DNA from: Coriobacteriales bacterium
GTDB lineage: Bacteria > Actinomycetota > Coriobacteriia > Coriobacteriales > UBA8131
Assembly: GCA_031263025.1 (NCBI GenBank)
Contig: JAISGO010000036.1
Span: 1-48,042, forward strand
DNA length: 48,042 nt
Reading direction: 5' to 3'
Position numbers and translations under genes: made by a program. Under the pieces are notes generated by a model, which searched no databases, had not been told where the DNA came from, and worked only from the letters and a program-made list of their open reading frames with translations. Shown piece by piece: positions 42,521-48,042 of the stretch (position 1 is the first letter of the stretch; every line of letters starts with the position of its first letter).

Positions 42521-43570
42521 ATGCCAGATCTAAAAGCCATACGCAAGCGCATCGCCTCGGTCGAGTCGATGCAGCAGATTACCAAGACCATGGAGATGGT
42601 GGCGACGGCCAAGATTCGCCATGCCACCGAGCGCATCGTCAAGGCTACCCCCTACAGTGAGGCGATGCTCGAGGTACTGGATTCGATCTCGAGCGGCGCT
42701 TCCAGCGCCGACCATCCACTCCTCCAGGAGCATGAGGAGATCAAGAACATCCTGGTTATCGTGATCACCTCTGATCGCGGTCTGGCCGGCGGTTTCAATT
42801 CCAACGTCTTGCGCGCAGCCGAACAGTACGTGATGGCCCGACAGGCTGAGGGCGTCCACTGCGAGGTGATCACCACCGGTAAGAAAGGCCTGGCCTACTT
42901 CCGCTACCGCAAGCTCGAGCCGGTCTTGGAGTTCCATGACATGTCAGCCGATCCCCAGATCTCCCATGCCCGCCAGATTGGTAGTTACTGTGTAGCCGCC
43001 TATACCAAGCCCCTGAACGACGATTTGACCGAGGTCTCGGCCGAGGTTGAGGGGCGAGACCTGATTCATCGCGCCGATCAAGTGGTCTTGTTCTACAACC
43101 ATTGCAAAAACGTCGCTGACCAAGTTCTCCTCCAAGAGCAGATCCTCCCGGTCAACCAATACCTTTTTGGCAAATACGCAGATGGTGAGGGTTCAGAGAA
43201 GATCGATGGCGACCAGTCGGCGATTGCCGCCGTACATGACACCAAGGAGAAGGTCGAGCAGGCCCAGGCCGCAGCGGCTGATATTTCCTCGGCTGCCGAG
43301 CTATCCGGTGCCTTCGAATACGAGCCAGGTGTCGCCGAGGTTCTGGATGAGCTGCTGCCTTCCTATGTGCAGACCCGCCTCTACCATGCGCTACTTGACA
43401 GCGCGGCAGGCGAGCAGGGTGCCAGGCGCAAGGCCATGAAGGCGGCTTCGGACAATGCCTCTGATATGATCACTACGCTTGAGAGAGTCTACAACAGCGT
43501 GCGCCAAGGTGCGATCACCACTGAGATCACTGAGATCGTAGGCGGCGCCGCTGCCTTAGAGGATAATTAA
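42521..43570 (+). CDS. atpG: F0F1 ATP synthase subunit gamma with two insertions
   Basis: QITKTMEMVATAK, TSDRGLAGGFNSN, RQGAITTEITEIVGGA. Confidence 0.97.
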   Translation: MPDLKAIRKRIASVESMQQITKTMEMVATAKIRHATERIVKATPYSEAMLEVLDSISSGASSADHPLLQEHEEIKNILVIVITSDRGLAGGFNSNVLRAAEQYVMARQAEGVHCEVITTGKKGLAYFRYRKLEPVLEFHDMSADPQISHARQIGSYCVAAYTKPLNDDLTEVSAEVEGRDLIHRADQVVLFYNHCKNVADQVLLQEQILPVNQYLFGKYADGEGSEKIDGDQSAIAAVHDTKEKVEQAQAAAADISSAAELSGAFEYEPGVAEVLDELLPSYVQTRLYHALLDSAAGEQGARRKAMKAASDNASDMITTLERVYNSVRQGAITTEITEIVGGAAALEDN

Positions 43571-45003
<1,433 letters not shown>

Positions 45004-45004
<1 letters not shown>

Positions 45005-45411
45005 TGGCGAGCAAGTTTGACTGTAAGATAGTCACGCCGGAGGAGATGATTTACGACTCCCAGGTCGAGCTGGTCTCTGCTCCCGGCCTCGAAGGCGACT
45101 ATGGCTTCATGAACTCCGCTGCGCCCTATGTCAGTGTCTTACGTATGGGTACCATGACCGTGCATGAGGACGAACATGATCAGGGTCGGCAGTTCGCCAT
45201 CGCCGGTGGTTACGTCGAAGCTGACGGAGACAAGGTCGTGGTGCTTGCCGCCCAGGCCCTTGATACTTCCACCATCGACCGGGATGCTTGCAACCAAGAG
45301 CTCACTGACTGCAAGGACAAGTTGGCCGCACTTGCCGCTGACGATCCCAAAGCCGCCTATTACCAGCGTCAGAGCAAATGGCAGGAGTACCTGCTCAGTC
45401 GCCTCGGCTAA
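45004..45411 (+). CDS. atpC: F0F1 ATP synthase subunit epsilon
   Basis: IVTPE, PGLEGDYG, AIAGGYVEA...VVVLA. Confidence 0.93.
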
Positions 45412-45437
45412 GCGCTGCTGACATATCTGATATTTCT

Positions 45438-45468
45438 AAACGGCAGCCGATGGCTGCCGTTTTCTTTT
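45438..45468 (+). terminator. Rho-independent terminator of the atp operon
   Basis: AAACGGCAGCC-GAT-GGCTGCCGTTT followed by TCTTTT. Confidence 0.88.
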
Positions 45469-45711
45469 GCCTGCGTTAGCTGTAGTTAGTGGCAGCAGCT
45501 TTTAAGCAGTGTGTTTTTCCGCATATACCGAACATAAAATTTTCTGTTTTACTCCGCTCACTTCTTCTCTACCAGCCTTGATAAAAATATGTCCTGCAAT
45601 GACCGAGCAGGTGTAAATACTTTTCCCAACTAAAATATCTTTCGGAGAGTTTACGGCCATTTTTAATTGTAGGCTTCAGGATTTTAATCAGGGCTAGGAA
45701 AGGAAGGAGCG

Positions 45712-48042
45712 ATGAGACCGAGCAAGAAAACTTGCCTGCGCGTCTGTTATAAGGCGCCGCGCGTTTGCGTGCTTAGACGCCCGTTCAGACGCCGGGTTTT
45801 TTCTTTCCTTGCCTCTCGCCCCTGCGCCAGAACCCTCAACCCAGCTACCATCCTAGTCTCGGGCTTGCTCGTCTTGCTGCTTGCTTTTCTGCCCCTACGT
45901 TTCTCGCTTCCTCGTGGTTTCAGGTGGCTTCCCGAGGCCCAGGCGGCTGGTCTGCCTTTTACTATCAGTTCGCTCAGCCCCACCGTGGGTGCTGTCGCCG
46001 GCGGCGATAAGGTCATCCTCAATGGTGCGAATCTGCCTTATGCCTCGACCAGTGATTACGTGCAAGACGCCCTGCTGGCCCACTATGACGCTCTCGATAA
46101 CACAGGAAAGGGTGACACCAAACACTCGATTTCTACGAGTACTTGGAAAAACCTTGAGAGTTCGCGTTTTGGCAATGCCACGCTGAGCAATCCACAGTGG
46201 AATGCGAACAGCTTCTATGCGACGGCGGCCGATGAAAGAGCGGGCACTAACCGCTATGCAGACCTTAGCGTCACACCCCAGGCGACCAAGCCCTTTACTT
46301 TCGAATGGGTCGGCTACGTGTCTGGCAGCTCCCACGCTTGCGGGCACCAATTCATGCTGGCACAGGGTTTGTCTTCGAGTGGCACGAACTGGTGGCTGGG
46401 GGTTGATGACTTCGGCGCAAACAACACCGTAAGTCTCGATTATCTTGACACTACGAGCCCGAACCCGGCTTGGCAAATCACTGACATCCCCGGCATCGCT
46501 GGAATCGTCACTGGGGACCTCATACAGGTGGCGGTGACTTGGGATGGTTCGCGCCTGCATGTGCGCCTGGACGTTAATGGGACAGTCAAGAATGCTAGTT
46601 CGACCTTGTCCCTGACCGCCAACCAGCTCTCAGAGATTCGGTTTATGAATACAGTTACGGGCCAGCAGACGGTGGGTGGGATGAATGCCTTCCGCTTTTA
46701 TGACGCCGTCCTTTCCTCAAGTGACTTGGACAAAAACTATTCTGTCGACCAAAAGCGCTTCCTCTCTCCTCCGAAGGTCAAGGTCGGCGGAGACGCGACC
46801 GATGGTAGCGGTGCCATCGCCACAGATGCAGTGGTCCAGTCGGCCAAGACCTTGGCCTTTACGGCGCCCTCGCTTGCAGCAGTCAACGCCGCTGGTGGCA
46901 GCTACCGGCCTGGTGACGTCCTGCCTGTGTATGCGAGCTACAACGGTTCTGGCTGGGTACAGGTGGGCGAGTACACTTATATGGATGCTACCGTGGGGAG
47001 CCTTGGTTTCCAGTACTCGGCGGTCGGTGGAGTGAGTATCTCCAACATCTCCGGTACAGGCGATGTCTGGGAGAACCTGTCCGACAATATCGCCGTGATC
47101 CAGACCAGTAAAGCCATCAATATCAGCACTGACGCGAGCGCTGGCACAGACCAGGCGACCACCAACATCGTGACCTCCGGGACGGACGGGAAGTTCGGCA
47201 CCGCAGACGACGGCGGGAGTGTGGGCGTACATCATGCCCTGAGTGTCGCGAACGGTGTGAGTGCGACCCTCAACGTGATAGGGGACCTGGATTGCAGTCC
47301 GGCAGTCAGCGCGCCTGGTATTAACTTAGACACAGGCGCGAGCCTTGGCTTGGACATAGCCGGTGGCACGACGACCATTGCCAACGGTGTGGGGAAGAAT
47401 AGCGGCGTGCATGTGATGGCTGGAACGACTTTTAAAGTTACTGGCGCTGGGGCCCTTAGCGCGAAAAGCGGTACTAGCACTCCAGCTGCGGCTATCGGCG
47501 GCATGGGTAGACAAGTTTCCGGGACCATCAGCATCGGTGGTTCGGTGACCGTGAGCGCCACGAACCAATCCAGTAGCCAGGCGGGCGCTGCTGCGATTGG
47601 GGGAGGCCAAGAGGCGAGCGGTGGCACTACCCAGATCATCGACGATGCCAGCGTGGTCGCTATCGCGACTACCACTGGTCAGACCTATACCGGGGCCGGT
47701 ATCGGCTCGGGAGCGCAAGCGGGCACCTTGAGCTGTGGTGACATACTTATTGACACGACCGGCACGGTTATTGCCCTCTCCAGCTCTGTAACCCAGACCT
47801 ACGATACCGGCGCTGGCATCGGCACGGGTATGTTGAACGGCAATTCGAATTCTCAGGGTAACATAACTATAAAGAACGGCACCGTACTCGCCCAAGGTGG
47901 CAAAATGGGCACATCGCCGAATTCGGGTAGCTACGTGAGAGGCCCCGGCGCGGGTATAGGTGCAGGGGGAAACTATAACTCCTCGGCTATGACCTATGCT
48001 ATGAACATATCCATCGAGGGCGGTACGGTGGTCGCTGTGGCA
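45712..48042 (+). CDS. Large secreted/surface protein (>=777 aa, 3'-truncated): long signal region, IPT/TIG-like domain with inserted LamG/ConA-like domain, then GAGIG beta-helix-like repeats
   Basis: SD AAGGAG before ATG 45712; frame open to the window end, so absent from the ORF track; ...LLVLLLAFL...AQA/AG; FTISSLSPTVGAVAGGDKVILNGANL; DYVQDALLAHYD...VAVTWDG...FRFYDAVLS; repeats AAIGG, AAIGGG, GAGIGSG, GAGIGTG, GAGIGAGG. Confidence 0.85.
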   Translation, partial: MRPSKKTCLRVCYKAPRVCVLRRPFRRRVFSFLASRPCARTLNPATILVSGLLVLLLAFLPLRFSLPRGFRWLPEAQAAGLPFTISSLSPTVGAVAGGDKVILNGANLPYASTSDYVQDALLAHYDALDNTGKGDTKHSISTSTWKNLESSRFGNATLSNPQWNANSFYATAADERAGTNRYADLSVTPQATKPFTFEWVGYVSGSSHACGHQFMLAQGLSSSGTNWWLGVDDFGANNTVSLDYLDTTSPNPAWQITDIPGIAGIVTGDLIQVAVTWDGSRLHVRLDVNGTVKNASSTLSLTANQLSEIRFMNTVTGQQTVGGMNAFRFYDAVLSSSDLDKNYSVDQKRFLSPPKVKVGGDATDGSGAIATDAVVQSAKTLAFTAPSLAAVNAAGGSYRPGDVLPVYASYNGSGWVQVGEYTYMDATVGSLGFQYSAVGGVSISNISGTGDVWENLSDNIAVIQTSKAINISTDASAGTDQATTNIVTSGTDGKFGTADDGGSVGVHHALSVANGVSATLNVIGDLDCSPAVSAPGINLDTGASLGLDIAGGTTTIANGVGKNSGVHVMAGTTFKVTGAGALSAKSGTSTPAAAIGGMGRQVSGTISIGGSVTVSATNQSSSQAGAAAIGGGQEASGGTTQIIDDASVVAIATTTGQTYTGAGIGSGAQAGTLSCGDILIDTTGTVIALSSSVTQTYDTGAGIGTGMLNGNSNSQGNITIKNGTVLAQGGKMGTSPNSGSYVRGPGAGIGAGGNYNSSAMTYAMNISIEGGTVVAVA

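Noticed and set aside
45747-47895. Multiple short ORFs on both strands near the window end
   Set aside because: They are alternative-frame or antisense shadows of the single long + frame starting at 45712.

Overview
A GC-rich chromosomal core-genome window. Gene content and protein styles suggest a member of the Coriobacteriia (Actinomycetota); this is inferred, not searched. Gene order: ligA 3' end; tRNA-Thr/Tyr/Met; tuf-rpmG-tRNA-Trp-secE-nusG-rplK-rplA; mtaB; ybeY; an M28-fold membrane protein; two TrkA proteins; anaerobic RNR nrdD with NrdR boxes; a GPx homolog; a YtrA-type GntR/ABC operon; LCP and WecA; an ArsB/NhaD permease; an EF-G paralog; erythrin-VIT1; VanZ-RDD; class I aldolase; rplU-rpmA; spoVS-miaB; hisF; a degenerate AAA+ protein; murA; tRNA-Thr; pheT; truA; a stand-alone cyanophycin-synthetase N-domain protein; atpBEFHAGDC; and the 5' part of a large surface protein that the ORF track misses. 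I recognised no transposase, integrase, prophage or CRISPR-Cas. The strongest unexplained signal is non-coding: a dispersed family of ~100-120 nt long-hairpin elements (11 apical motifs plus 3 half copies, including a tandem array inside the tRNA operon). Their stems covary while the loops are conserved, and their G-T wobbles favour one strand regardless of the direction of neighbouring genes. Also notable: a candidate anti-Shine-Dalgarno sRNA with a direct-repeat promoter box, a palindrome inserted in frame in pheT, and several apparent pseudo-enzymes.
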